A DNA stretch of 64,000 nucleotides from Deltaproteobacteria bacterium (GTDB lineage: Bacteria > Myxococcota > Kuafuiibacteriia > Kuafuiibacteriales > Kuafuiibacteriaceae), in NCBI GenBank assembly GCA_040218735.1, contig JAVJQW010000042.1, forward strand, positions 64,001 through 128,000, in the 5' to 3' direction. Position 1 is the stretch's first letter; each line of letters begins with the position of its first letter. The notes below the pieces were generated by a model. The model had not been told where the DNA came from, searched no databases, and saw nothing but the letters and a program-made list of their open reading frames with translations. A program made the position numbers and the translations under genes. Shown here piece by piece: positions 28,048-37,672 of the stretch.

Positions 28048-30000
28048 CTAGCGGACGGCGACACCGTGGGTGTGCGCCGCGAGCGCTTGCGACTTCTTCA
28101 CGAGCGCGAGCAGCTCCTTGCGGTCCGCGTCCGTGGCCACGTCCGACAACAGCGACGCCACGCGCGGGTAACTCCACGCGCCGGCCCACTCGCTCCCGCG
28201 CCACAGCTCGGCGGCGCCCATCGCGGCGACCGCGAACTTGAGATCCTGCGGCGCCGCGTCGAACGAACGCGCGACCCGGCGGAGCTCCACCGCGCGCGCG
28301 ACCTCCTTCGCCTTCGTCCCGCCGGGACGCTTCGACCGGACGCGCACCGTCGCGACGTTGGTCGTCCCGTCTCCGTCAACCAGCTCCAGCTCGTACAGAG
28401 CGGTGACCTGGTGGCCGGCGCCGATCTCCCCCGCGTCGACGCGGTCGTTCCGAAAGTCCTCGTCCGCCACGGCGCGGTTCTCGTAGCCCACCAGGCGATA
28501 GGTCTTCACGGTCGCCGGGTCGAACTCGACCTGGATCTTCACGTCCTGCGCGACGTCCTGGACCATCTTCGTGAAGTCTCGCCCGAACACGCGCTGCGCC
28601 ATGCGCATCGAGTCGACGTAGAAGTAGTTGCCGTTCCCGTCGTTCGCGAGCTGCTCCATCGTCGCGTCGCGGTAGTTGCCGTCGCCGAAGCCGATCGTCG
28701 ACAGCCGAATGCCCTCGTCCACGTAGCCACGCACCTGCTTCAGCATCGCCTCGTGCGACGTCGCGCCGATGTTGGCGTCGCCGTCCGAGCACACGATGAT
28801 GCGGGTCGTCGTCCCGTCGCGGTGCATCTGCGCCGCCTGCCGGTACGCGAGCTTCAGACCGGAAGACATCGCCGTGCCCCCCGCCGTGCGCAACCCCGAC
28901 AGCGCCGCCTTGATCTTGCTCTTCTTCGCGCCGCTCGTCGGCGGGAGCACCAACCGCACGCCCCCCGCGTACGTCGTGATCGCGACGCGGTCCTTCGACG
29001 TGAGCTGATCTACCGCGACGCTCAACGACTTCGTCGCCAGCGCGAGTTTGTCGCCGGAGGTCATCGAGCAGCTCGTGTCGACGAGGAACACGAGGTTCAC
29101 CGGGAGCCGCTGTGCGTCGGGGACGACGCGAGCCTGCAGTCCGACGCGCAGGTAGTGCTTCGTCGAATCGACGGGGGACTGCGCACCGTCGACCTGAATC
29201 GAGAACGGCGCGTCCGTCGGCGGATCGTAGTCGTACGCGAAGTAGTTGATCGTCTCCTCGACGCGCACGAGCGACGTCGTGGGGAGACGCCCGGACTGCA
29301 GCGTGCGGCGCGCGATCGCGTAGGCCGCGGTGTCGACGTCCGCCGCGAACGTGGAGAGCGCGTCCTCGGTCGTCTTCGTCCGCGCGTTCACCGTCGCGTC
29401 GGCGCGGCCGGAGAACTCACCGGTGTCGCCCTTCAATGCGCCGAGGATCCCCGCGCTCCGCGCGACGCCGTGACCGACCGCGGCCGTCCCTCGCGCACCG
29501 AGCCCGCCGGATCCGCGACCGTAGCCGATCCCACCGCCTCCCGCGCCGGTACCGAGACTCCCCAGGCCCACGCCCTTGCCGGCGCCTCCGCCGCGCGTGC
29601 CGAGGCCACCGACGCCGCCCGCGTCGCCCATCGAAGTGCCCGCGAGGCCGCCCATCCCCAAGTTGATGCCTTCGCCGCCGTAGGCACCGACGACGTTCCC
29701 GCGCGGGCCGCCCGACTTCGCGCCGAGCACCTGCGGCGTGCCCTGGACGACGCGGGGCGAACGGCTCCCCGTCTTGTCTTTCGCGGGTGCGTCGGGCGCC
29801 TTGGCGATCGTGTCCCGGGGCGCTTGCGATTGGCCGAGCGAGCCTTCCTCGCCCTTCACGGCGTTGGCCTTCCCAACCGTGTCGAGCGCCAACGCCTCCG
29901 TGCTCTCCGCGGGTGCGGGGGCCTCCTTCGGTGCGTCCGCCTCACAGGCGACGAGGGTCAGGAAGAGGAGCGAAGAGACGACGACACACAAACGTTCCAT
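28048..30000 (-). CDS. YfbK-like von Willebrand factor A lipoprotein
   Basis: Lipobox LVAC, Gly-rich linker, STFAADVDTA, VRVEETINYF, MIDAS DTSCS, YRLVGYENR, DAGEIGAGH. Confidence 0.88.
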   Translation of the reverse strand: MERLCVVVSSLLFLTLVACEADAPKEAPAPAESTEALALDTVGKANAVKGEEGSLGQSQAPRDTIAKAPDAPAKDKTGSRSPRVVQGTPQVLGAKSGGPRGNVVGAYGGEGINLGMGGLAGTSMGDAGGVGGLGTRGGGAGKGVGLGSLGTGAGGGGIGYGRGSGGLGARGTAAVGHGVARSAGILGALKGDTGEFSGRADATVNARTKTTEDALSTFAADVDTAAYAIARRTLQSGRLPTTSLVRVEETINYFAYDYDPPTDAPFSIQVDGAQSPVDSTKHYLRVGLQARVVPDAQRLPVNLVFLVDTSCSMTSGDKLALATKSLSVAVDQLTSKDRVAITTYAGGVRLVLPPTSGAKKSKIKAALSGLRTAGGTAMSSGLKLAYRQAAQMHRDGTTTRIIVCSDGDANIGATSHEAMLKQVRGYVDEGIRLSTIGFGDGNYRDATMEQLANDGNGNYFYVDSMRMAQRVFGRDFTKMVQDVAQDVKIQVEFDPATVKTYRLVGYENRAVADEDFRNDRVDAGEIGAGHQVTALYELELVDGDGTTNVATVRVRSKRPGGTKAKEVARAVELRRVARSFDAAPQDLKFAVAAMGAAELWRGSEWAGAWSYPRVASLLSDVATDADRKELLALVKKSQALAAHTHGVAVR

Positions 30001-30006
30001 GCAGCT

Positions 30007-30034
30007 TCGGACCACGCTGCGGTCCCGAAGTTCC
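30007..30034 (-). promoter_or_regulatory. Putative RpoE-like ECF promoter
   Basis: GGAACTT-N15-GTCCGA ending 6 nt before the VWA gene ATG. Confidence 0.5.
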
Positions 30035-30045
30035 CATGACGTTCG

Positions 30046-31161
30046 TCACGGTCGCGCGATGTCGCGGTAGAGCCGTTCGTAGCGATCGAACATCGCCTCG
30101 GTGGAGAAGTCGTTCACCGCGCGCCGTCGAGCGTTCTCTCCGAGCGCGCGCCGTCGCTCCGGATCGCGCACGAGCTCCGCGAGCGCGTCCCCCATCGCGA
30201 CCTCGTCACCCTTCGGCACCATCACGCCGACCGGCGCGCCGTCGTAGCCGGGCTCGACGATCTCCACGACACCGCCCACCGCCGTCGCGACACACGGGCG
30301 CGCCATCGCCATCGCCTCCAACAGCGCGTTGGGCATGGCTTCGGTGTCACTCGACAGCACGAACACATCGACGTCCGCCAGGAACTTCGGCACGTCCTCG
30401 ACGTGCCCGAGGAAGTGGACACGATCCCGAATTCCGAGCTGCTCCGCGAGCTCCCCGAGCGCGACGTGGTCCGGACCGTGCCCGGCGATGCGCACCTCGA
30501 CGTCGAGGCCCGCCTTCACGACCCGCGCGGCCGATGAGATCAGCAGCGGGAAGTTCTTCACGTTGGTGTGATAGAGCCGGCCCATCCCGCCGATCACCAA
30601 GCGCCCGGGCTTGGCTTCGAACGGCGGCGGATCGAAGCGCGACGTGTCGACCCCGTTGTGCAGCACGTCGATTCGCTCCCGCTGCAACCCATACTCCGTC
30701 ACGAGGAACTCACGCGCCGCGTTGCTCACCGAGAAGAGCTTGGTCGTGATCTTCGCCATCGCCTGGAACGCGAGGCGTCGCTCCAGCGGCACCTTCGTCG
30801 ACTCGAGCCCGTGGAAGCTGAACACCAACGGCGGACGCGGGTGACACGCGACCCGCGCGATCGCGGTGTCCGGCCACGCAGCCCAGTTGCGCGCGTGCAC
30901 CACGTTCGGCCGAAGCTTCGCGATCAGCTGACGAATCTGCAGCGGGACGGTGCGGTCCTTCGACTCCGCCGTGATGCGATGCAGCGGCGCGTGCTCGCCG
31001 AAGTCGATGATGTCGGTGCGGTGACTCAGCAGCAGCACCGAGTGCCGAAAGCCGCGTTCGTTCAACGCGACGACGATGCGGTAGAGGTTCTTCTCCATGC
31101 CGCCGCCGTCGCCGAGCGTGCGGACCACGTGCAGCACGTGAATGGGTTCGCCGCCCGTCAT
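30046..31161 (-). CDS. Glycosyltransferase family 4
   Basis: GGMEK, HNGVDT, FVLSSDTEAMPNALLEAMA, VGGVVEIV. Confidence 0.9.
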   Translation of the reverse strand: MTGGEPIHVLHVVRTLGDGGGMEKNLYRIVVALNERGFRHSVLLLSHRTDIIDFGEHAPLHRITAESKDRTVPLQIRQLIAKLRPNVVHARNWAAWPDTAIARVACHPRPPLVFSFHGLESTKVPLERRLAFQAMAKITTKLFSVSNAAREFLVTEYGLQRERIDVLHNGVDTSRFDPPPFEAKPGRLVIGGMGRLYHTNVKNFPLLISSAARVVKAGLDVEVRIAGHGPDHVALGELAEQLGIRDRVHFLGHVEDVPKFLADVDVFVLSSDTEAMPNALLEAMAMARPCVATAVGGVVEIVEPGYDGAPVGVMVPKGDEVAMGDALAELVRDPERRRALGENARRRAVNDFSTEAMFDRYERLYRDIARP

Positions 31162-32327
31162 ACCAAGTTCGCCCACCGTGCGAAGTCTTCGAGCACGGTC
31201 ATCGTCGTGTCGAAGTCGAATCGAGCTTCGTAGTCGATGAGTCGCTTCGCCTTGCTCGCGTCGATCGTGACATCGGCGCCGAACAGCGCGCGCTGGTGCG
31301 CGTTGGGGAGGTGAAGGCGAGCGTCATCCGGCGGCGTACGCGGGGGCGGCGGCGCGGACGGACCCGCGGCGAGCGCGACCGGTTCGTCGTCGCGCTTTCG
31401 TTTCATCGACTGCCAGACCTTCGGGAGGTGCCGGCGCGCGACGTCGAACGTCTCCTCCACGTACGGGATTCGCTCCGCGCGGATGATGATCTCCTCGTCC
31501 GAAAGCGCCGCCATCAGATCCCCGAGCCCTTGCCGCGCCACGGATCGAACGATGCGGCCGTAGTCCTTCTTCGAGTCTGCGTACGTCAAGCGCTCGTGGC
31601 CGAACATCCGCTCGAGTCGTTCGTAGTACGCCGACCAGCGCGCCGTCGCGCCGGCGATCAACATGCGCTCCCCGTGCAGCCGCGGCGTAGTCCCCGCGGC
31701 GACGAGCGCACGCGCGACGTCGTCGACGAACACGAAGTTCATCGAACCCTGGCCGCGGTTCGGGAGCACGATCCACCCGGATTGAAACTGCTCGATCGGC
31801 CGCTCCAGCCACGGCTTCGAGTACGGCCCCAAGATCACCGGCGCCTGGAGCACGACGGCGTCCGGCGCCTCCGTGAGCAGCAGCGCTTCGACGCCCGCCT
31901 TCGACGCCGCGAACGCCTTGTTCTTCGTGGGTTTCAGCGGCGACGACTCGTCGAGGCGCCCGCTCCCGAAGTACGCGTCGCCGTAGACCTCCGCGGATCC
32001 GAGATACACCACGCGTGCGTCGTTGCGGCGCGCGACCTCCGCGACGTGCTTCGCCGCGACCCGGTTCGTCTCGGCGCTGTCCGCGTGGTTCACATCGTGC
32101 GCGAGGTGAAAGATCAGTCGGCACCCCTGCGCCGCCGACGCGATCATCTCCAGGTCGGTGATGGGGCCGATGCACATCTCGACGCCGTAGCGTCCCACCA
32201 TCGTCGCGGTCATCGCGTCGCGCATGTAGACGACGGGCTTCGCGCCCATCGATGCGAGCCGCTCGACGAGGTGCGAACCGACGAACCCCGTCCCGCCGGT
32301 GACGAAGACACGCCTACCCGCGAGCAC
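31158..32327 (-). CDS. NAD-dependent epimerase/dehydratase
   Basis: VTGGTGFVGSHL, IFHLA, FVDDVA; usual YxxxK reads FAASK. Confidence 0.85.
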   Translation of the reverse strand: MLAGRRVFVTGGTGFVGSHLVERLASMGAKPVVYMRDAMTATMVGRYGVEMCIGPITDLEMIASAAQGCRLIFHLAHDVNHADSAETNRVAAKHVAEVARRNDARVVYLGSAEVYGDAYFGSGRLDESSPLKPTKNKAFAASKAGVEALLLTEAPDAVVLQAPVILGPYSKPWLERPIEQFQSGWIVLPNRGQGSMNFVFVDDVARALVAAGTTPRLHGERMLIAGATARWSAYYERLERMFGHERLTYADSKKDYGRIVRSVARQGLGDLMAALSDEEIIIRAERIPYVEETFDVARRHLPKVWQSMKRKRDDEPVALAAGPSAPPPPRTPPDDARLHLPNAHQRALFGADVTIDASKAKRLIDYEARFDFDTTMTVLEDFARWANLV

Positions 32328-33399
32328 CGTTCACCTCTCGCACGCGCCGAAGGTGCGGGGGCTCGAGCGGCTCCCGCATCCCGTAACACACCTCGACGAA
32401 GTCGACGGAGCGGCGCCCCTCGCTCGAAGGCACCCACGGTGGATGTTCACCGCGCACCGCGCCGAGGAAGTCGTCGAGCTGCTTCTTCATCAGCGCGTCG
32501 AAGTCCTCGACCCACAGCGGCTTGCCATTCAGGCGCCACGTGACGCGGTCGCGCTCCGGTCCATTCAAACGATCGCCGTGTCGGTCGGTGGGGCGCAGTC
32601 CCATCCCGACGACCTGCGTCTCACCGTCCATCGTGAACGCGAGCTGGTTGCCCTTCTCGGCGCCCATCTCGATCAGGCCCTTCGTTCCCTTCAGTAGAAA
32701 CGTGTTCCGGAGCTGCCGCGTGCGCGAGAACTCGACGAACCCGGTCGCGCCCTTCTTGGTGCGGACCTCGACCTCGCAGTTCGCCTCGACGCCCCCCTCC
32801 GCGTCGTCGCGGTAGGCGAGCACTTCGAGGTCGCCGAGCCAGTAGAGCAGCAGGTCCACGAGGTGCGGGCCCATGTCCATGAGGCACCCGCCGCCGGCGC
32901 GCTGGCGCTCGAACAGGTACGTCGACGCGAGCGGCCACGCGAACTGCCAGCCGTCGCGCACTTCGAAGGAGACGAGCTCGCCGATCAACGAGCGCTCCAT
33001 CGCCGTCTTCACCCAGGCGGTGGTCGCCCAGAAGCGCCGCGGGTGGCCCATCGCGAGCACCGCGCCGCCCTTCGCTTCCGCCGCCTGGATCAGGTCGCAG
33101 TCGGCGCCGTTCAGCCCCATGGGTTTTTCGAGGAGCACGTGCACGCCACGTTCGAGGAGCGTGCTCGCGATCGGTGCGTGGAGGTGATTGGGCACGGCGA
33201 CGATCGCCGCGTCGGCGTGGGCGAAGACGTCGTTCAGATCCTTCGAGACGTTCGGCACGCCGTGTCGCGCGGCGAGCATCTTCGTGCGCGCTTCGTTGGT
33301 GTCGACGAGGAGCGTCACCTCGCCGGCTTGCACCGCGAGCGGGAGGTGATGCGCCTCGGTGATCGCGCCGCAGCCGACGAGGGCGATTCGTACGGACAC
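32314..33399 (-). CDS. Gfo/Idh/MocA oxidoreductase
   Basis: ALVGCGAI, HVLLEKPM, GGGCLMDMGPH. Confidence 0.9.
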   Translation of the reverse strand: MSVRIALVGCGAITEAHHLPLAVQAGEVTLLVDTNEARTKMLAARHGVPNVSKDLNDVFAHADAAIVAVPNHLHAPIASTLLERGVHVLLEKPMGLNGADCDLIQAAEAKGGAVLAMGHPRRFWATTAWVKTAMERSLIGELVSFEVRDGWQFAWPLASTYLFERQRAGGGCLMDMGPHLVDLLLYWLGDLEVLAYRDDAEGGVEANCEVEVRTKKGATGFVEFSRTRQLRNTFLLKGTKGLIEMGAEKGNQLAFTMDGETQVVGMGLRPTDRHGDRLNGPERDRVTWRLNGKPLWVEDFDALMKKQLDDFLGAVRGEHPPWVPSSEGRRSVDFVEVCYGMREPLEPPHLRRVREVNGARG

Positions 33400-33400
33400 G

Positions 33401-35086
33401 TCAGGCGGCGAGGACGCGGTCGATCGCCTCTTCGGTGTCGAACCACTGCTGCTTGGCGGAGAAGCCGAGGTCCGCCGGCCGCTGCTGGCTGCGCACCCCC
33501 TTGAGCTGCTCCTCGTTGTACTTCAGCACGCGCTTCTTGATGTCCGCGGCGACGATCTCCTTCGCCGGCCCCTCCGGCATCTTCTCCAAGCCGTCGATCA
33601 TGTCGATCATCGCGCGGGTCTCGTCGATCATCTGCATCGCCGGCTCGAAGAACGTGGTGGGCAGCTGGCCGTACTTGTTCTTGAGCACGTACAGCGAACG
33701 CACCACGTCGTAGGACAGGTCGAGGAGCTGCTGGCGCGACAGCCAGTTCGTCTCGTAGTTGAGGCGGTCGCGCCAGTTGAGGCTCACCAACGCCTGCCGG
33801 TGATCCTCCAGCGACTTGTGGATGATCTTGTAGCCGTGCTCCTCCGGGAAGTCGTAACAGTCGCTCCCCGGATCGAGGAACGGCACCATCGGCGCGATGT
33901 ACGGGTGCACGCGCTTGCCCTGGTACTTCTTCAGGAGGTGCTCGCAGTAGTCGAGCGTGTTCCACACCGACATCTCGTCCTGCTTCGACAGGCCGACCAT
34001 GTAATAGACCTCGGCCGCGTAGATGTGGTCGATGGTCTGGTCGAGCATGTCCTCCATCTGCTGCATCGTGTAGTGCCCGCGCCCCGACGCCTTCGCGACC
34101 TCGTCGTCGTGGGAATCGGGTGACAGCTCGAGCAGCGCGCGCTTCCCGAACGACTTCACCTTCTCCGCCGTGGGCAGCCGGGCGAGGCAGTAGTGGATGT
34201 TGCCGAACTTGTCGGAGTCGAGGACGTCCTGCGCCGGGCGGAACATGTCTTTGCGCTGGTGCCAGAAGTCGATCATCACGACCGTCTGCCGGCCCTTCGT
34301 CTGCGCGTTCTTCAGGGACTCGAGCTCCTTGACGAGGGCCTCGGGTGTCTTCGGCATGACCCCCTTCTTCGTACCCATGTGCCGACGGAACGCGCTGCGC
34401 GAGCCGGCGCACCAGTGACAGTTGTACTCACAACCCGCCTGCGGGATGAGCTCGGAGTGCAGCGTCAGGCCCTTGCGGTCCGGCGTGAACACCTTCGACC
34501 AGTCGATCTCTGCGCTGTAGTTCTTCGGCGTGTACGCGAGGTCGTTGAAGTGGGTTTCGTCGCCGACCTTCCAGCAGAGGTTCGGGACGTCCTTCAGCTT
34601 CATCGGGTCGTTCTTCGCCTCGACGAGTTTCTCGATCGGGTAGAGCGTGTCGTAGCCGCGCACGACGTAGTCGACGCAGTCGTACTCCATGAGATCGCGG
34701 AAGAAGTAACTCGACGCGATCCCGCCGATCATCACCTTGGTGTTCGGGTGGTACGACTTGTACAGGCGCGCGAGCTCGATGGCGCCGTGTGCGTGGGCCA
34801 GCCAGTGCAGGTCGATGCCGACGTAGTCCGCGTCGAAGCGCTTGAAGAAGTCGTCGACGTCGAACTCGGGGTCCTTCAGCATCCGCGACGCCACGTTGAA
34901 GTACTCGACGTTGAGCCCGCACTTCTCCATGTGTTGTTTGATCGAGATGATGCCCACCGGCGGCATCTCGAACGCGGAGCTCACGTGCACTGTCGCGGAG
35001 GTGTTGAGATACGCGAACAGGACGTCGTCACGCCCGCGGAAGTCGTAGACGCTCGGAGCGTGGAGCAGGACCATGTCGTACTTCAT
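33401..35086 (-). CDS. Cobalamin-binding radical SAM protein (TIGR04190-like)
   Basis: LLHAPSVYDFR, GIDLHWLAHAHG, CEYNCHWC. Confidence 0.85.
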   Translation of the reverse strand: MKYDMVLLHAPSVYDFRGRDDVLFAYLNTSATVHVSSAFEMPPVGIISIKQHMEKCGLNVEYFNVASRMLKDPEFDVDDFFKRFDADYVGIDLHWLAHAHGAIELARLYKSYHPNTKVMIGGIASSYFFRDLMEYDCVDYVVRGYDTLYPIEKLVEAKNDPMKLKDVPNLCWKVGDETHFNDLAYTPKNYSAEIDWSKVFTPDRKGLTLHSELIPQAGCEYNCHWCAGSRSAFRRHMGTKKGVMPKTPEALVKELESLKNAQTKGRQTVVMIDFWHQRKDMFRPAQDVLDSDKFGNIHYCLARLPTAEKVKSFGKRALLELSPDSHDDEVAKASGRGHYTMQQMEDMLDQTIDHIYAAEVYYMVGLSKQDEMSVWNTLDYCEHLLKKYQGKRVHPYIAPMVPFLDPGSDCYDFPEEHGYKIIHKSLEDHRQALVSLNWRDRLNYETNWLSRQQLLDLSYDVVRSLYVLKNKYGQLPTTFFEPAMQMIDETRAMIDMIDGLEKMPEGPAKEIVAADIKKRVLKYNEEQLKGVRSQQRPADLGFSAKQQWFDTEEAIDRVLAA

Positions 35087-35120
35087 GTGGTCACCATGAG
35101 GCGATGTTTCGGAGTTGTGA

Positions 35121-35846
35121 TCAAGTCGGTGGCCCGTGGAGTCGTTCGCCCAAGGGGATCTTCACGATGCGACGTCGCTTGAAGCGCTCGAGCTCGTAGA
35201 GGACACCACCGACGATCGCGAAGCGCCCGGCGATGCGGTGCTCGGTGAATCGCCCGAACTCCTGCCAGCCCGTCACGCGGTACGACCACAGCGGCGCGGT
35301 GTCCCAGGCCCAGACGTACCCGTACGCGTGTGTGAAGCCCGATTCGAAGAGCGCCTGGTAGGTCGCGCGGAACATCGGGATTCCGCGACCACGCAGGGCG
35401 GGCGGGATGAACGAGTCGAATGAGTAGACTTCTTTGTCACACAGCTCGATCCCGAGCCACTCCAGGTCGGGGTAGGGCGCTCGCCCAGGCGTGTTCGTCT
35501 CGTAGAAGACGTACGCGACCACCTCTCCGTCCTCGTACGTCACCCAACCGGGGGTGCCGTCGTCGAGCCGCATCCGGATCTGGTCGATGCGATCCGGCTC
35601 GCTACTGCGCAACATCTTCGCGATCGGGTCGAAGTGGGAGGCGTCGAACGGCTGGATGTCGAAGTCGTAGCGCTCGATCTCCTTCTTCTTCCGGTGTGCC
35701 TTCGGGTTCGAGAGATCGAGCTTCAGGAGGATGACCTCGCGGTTCGCGTCGACGACGTGGGAGGCCGCCGACTTCGCGATCGACTTGGCGCCTTCCTTGA
35801 GACCTTTGTCCTGGAAGCGCCCGATGATCTTGTTGGCGATGCCCAC
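35121..35846 (-). CDS. Putative GNAT-fold protein
   Basis: FIPPALRGRGI acyl-CoA-binding-like motif; GGAGG RBS. Confidence 0.6.
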   Translation of the reverse strand: MGIANKIIGRFQDKGLKEGAKSIAKSAASHVVDANREVILLKLDLSNPKAHRKKKEIERYDFDIQPFDASHFDPIAKMLRSSEPDRIDQIRMRLDDGTPGWVTYEDGEVVAYVFYETNTPGRAPYPDLEWLGIELCDKEVYSFDSFIPPALRGRGIPMFRATYQALFESGFTHAYGYVWAWDTAPLWSYRVTGWQEFGRFTEHRIAGRFAIVGGVLYELERFKRRRIVKIPLGERLHGPPT

Positions 35847-35873
35847 GTCGCGAAACCTCCCTTGCCGCCGGCC

Positions 35874-36350
35874 TCAGATCAAGAAACTCAGATTCGCGGT
35901 GGTCGACAGGTCGAACACGATACGTCGGCGCACGAGGCGCCAAGTGCCGTCCTCGTTCGCCCACGAATCCTCGCGCGCGCCCGAGACGACGCGCGCGGGT
36001 TGCTCCCAACGACTCACCGTCGCGAGAAACGAAGCCGCGAGCTCGACTTGGTCCTCCGTCTGCTCGAGCAGCAGGACGTTGGAGATCAGCCGCCGCACGC
36101 GGGTCGCGGGTTGCTCCGCGTGGGCGTGCCCGGTGCGGATGCGCTTCACGCGGGTGACGAGGTCGGCTTTGCGATCGTCGAACAGAGCGAGGAGGCGGGG
36201 GCGATCCAGATCCTCGTCGGCGAGGTTGGAGCGCACCGGCGCAAAGTAGTGGAGGCGATCCGAGAGCATCTCGAGCCACGCTTCGTAGTCGCAGCGGTCG
36301 AGGTGGCGTGCCTCGCGGTACAGGAGCTGCTCGAAGTCGGTGACGTTCAT
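35874..36350 (-). CDS. Aromatic ring-hydroxylating dioxygenase beta subunit
   Basis: EQLLYREARHLD..YEAWL, RVRRLISNV, WRLVRRRI; start overlaps the alpha stop. Confidence 0.9.
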   Translation of the reverse strand: MNVTDFEQLLYREARHLDRCDYEAWLEMLSDRLHYFAPVRSNLADEDLDRPRLLALFDDRKADLVTRVKRIRTGHAHAEQPATRVRRLISNVLLLEQTEDQVELAASFLATVSRWEQPARVVSGAREDSWANEDGTWRLVRRRIVFDLSTTANLSFLI

Positions 36351-37576
36351 GCTTCGCTCCGCATCAGCTCGTGCCACCGCGAGAAGAAGCCGAAGTTCGC
36401 GTGCTCGGACGGAATGGCGGACAGGTCGCCCGGGAGATGCGCGAGGGCTTCGACGGGGCGCTTCGGGAGCGCGTAGGAGACGGGTTTGCCGTTGCGCTGC
36501 GCACCGGCGACGCCGCGGTGGCACTCCTCCCAGACCTCCAGGTCGTCCTGCTCGAGCATCCCGGTCGGGGAGAAGTAGCGCGACAGGAGGCGCTTCGAAT
36601 TCACCGCGACGTTGTCCGGCGCGTGGGAGGGCACGAGGCCCGACGACCAGATCTCGGTCTTGTCCGGCGCGACGGGTTGCCAGACACGCACGGAGAGGAA
36701 GCCCGGGTAGCTGACGATGGAGAAGTTCGGAAACACGGTGCCGATGTAGAGGCAGCGCAGCAGCTCGGCTTGGTCTTCGGTGAGGCGCTGGCGCGCGGAC
36801 TCGATGAGGTCGCGCTGGAACCGCGTCATGAGGATGCGGTTGCGCGGCGCCATGTTGAGGAGGCCGTGGCCGTTGTCGAAGCGCGCGACGAAGTCCTGCT
36901 GCTTGTCGCCGAAGTTCACGTCGAAGCCGAGCTGCCCCATGCTGCGATGGACGCCGTACTGGTGGCTCGGGTCGCCGGTGAACTGCTCGGCGGGGAACTT
37001 CCAGTTGGCGTCGAAGGTCCAGCGGTGGATGCCTTCGAAGATCGTACGCTCGGTGCCGGCCTGCGCGAGGATGACTTCGAGGTACCACTTCATGTCGCCG
37101 AGGTAGTCCTCGAGCGGGATGATGTTCGCGTCGAAGCTCGCGAACACGAGGCCCTCGAAGGTCTCGACGCGGGGGACTTCGATGAGCCCCGCGTGGACGA
37201 CGTCGAGGTCGGCGAGCTTTGCGCCGGCGATGCCGATCAGCGTCCCGGCCGTGTCGAACGTGCGCACGTGGTACGGGCAGACGAAGCTCTTGGTGTTGCC
37301 GCGGTCCTCGCGGCAGTACCGGGCGCCCTTGTGCGGGCAGGAGTTGAGGAAGACGCGGAGCTGTTGGTCCTTACCGCGGCAGACGACGACGGGGTCGCGG
37401 CCCATGTTCGCGGTGACGAAGTCTCCGGGGTTTTCGAGCTGAGATCGGTGGGCGACGTAGAGCCAGGACCGGCCGAAGACCCTGTTCTGCTCGAGGTCGA
37501 AGAGGGCGCGGTCGGTGAACACGGACGCGCGTACGCTCCTGTGCTCGTAGTCGACGACGTCTTCGATCGCGGTCAT
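36347..37576 (-). CDS. Rieske aromatic ring-hydroxylating dioxygenase alpha subunit
   Basis: CPH-x17-CPYH, NWKFPAEQF, D-x2-H-x4-H, EQDDLEVW. Confidence 0.92.
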   Translation of the reverse strand: MTAIEDVVDYEHRSVRASVFTDRALFDLEQNRVFGRSWLYVAHRSQLENPGDFVTANMGRDPVVVCRGKDQQLRVFLNSCPHKGARYCREDRGNTKSFVCPYHVRTFDTAGTLIGIAGAKLADLDVVHAGLIEVPRVETFEGLVFASFDANIIPLEDYLGDMKWYLEVILAQAGTERTIFEGIHRWTFDANWKFPAEQFTGDPSHQYGVHRSMGQLGFDVNFGDKQQDFVARFDNGHGLLNMAPRNRILMTRFQRDLIESARQRLTEDQAELLRCLYIGTVFPNFSIVSYPGFLSVRVWQPVAPDKTEIWSSGLVPSHAPDNVAVNSKRLLSRYFSPTGMLEQDDLEVWEECHRGVAGAQRNGKPVSYALPKRPVEALAHLPGDLSAIPSEHANFGFFSRWHELMRSEA

Positions 37577-37672
37577 GGGGCGGCGAGATCGTGCGCCGTG
37601 CCGAGCGTGCCCGCAAGGCGGCCATCGGTGAGTGTGCGGTCGGGGGTGCGCTGTGACGGGGATTCGGGCGAT

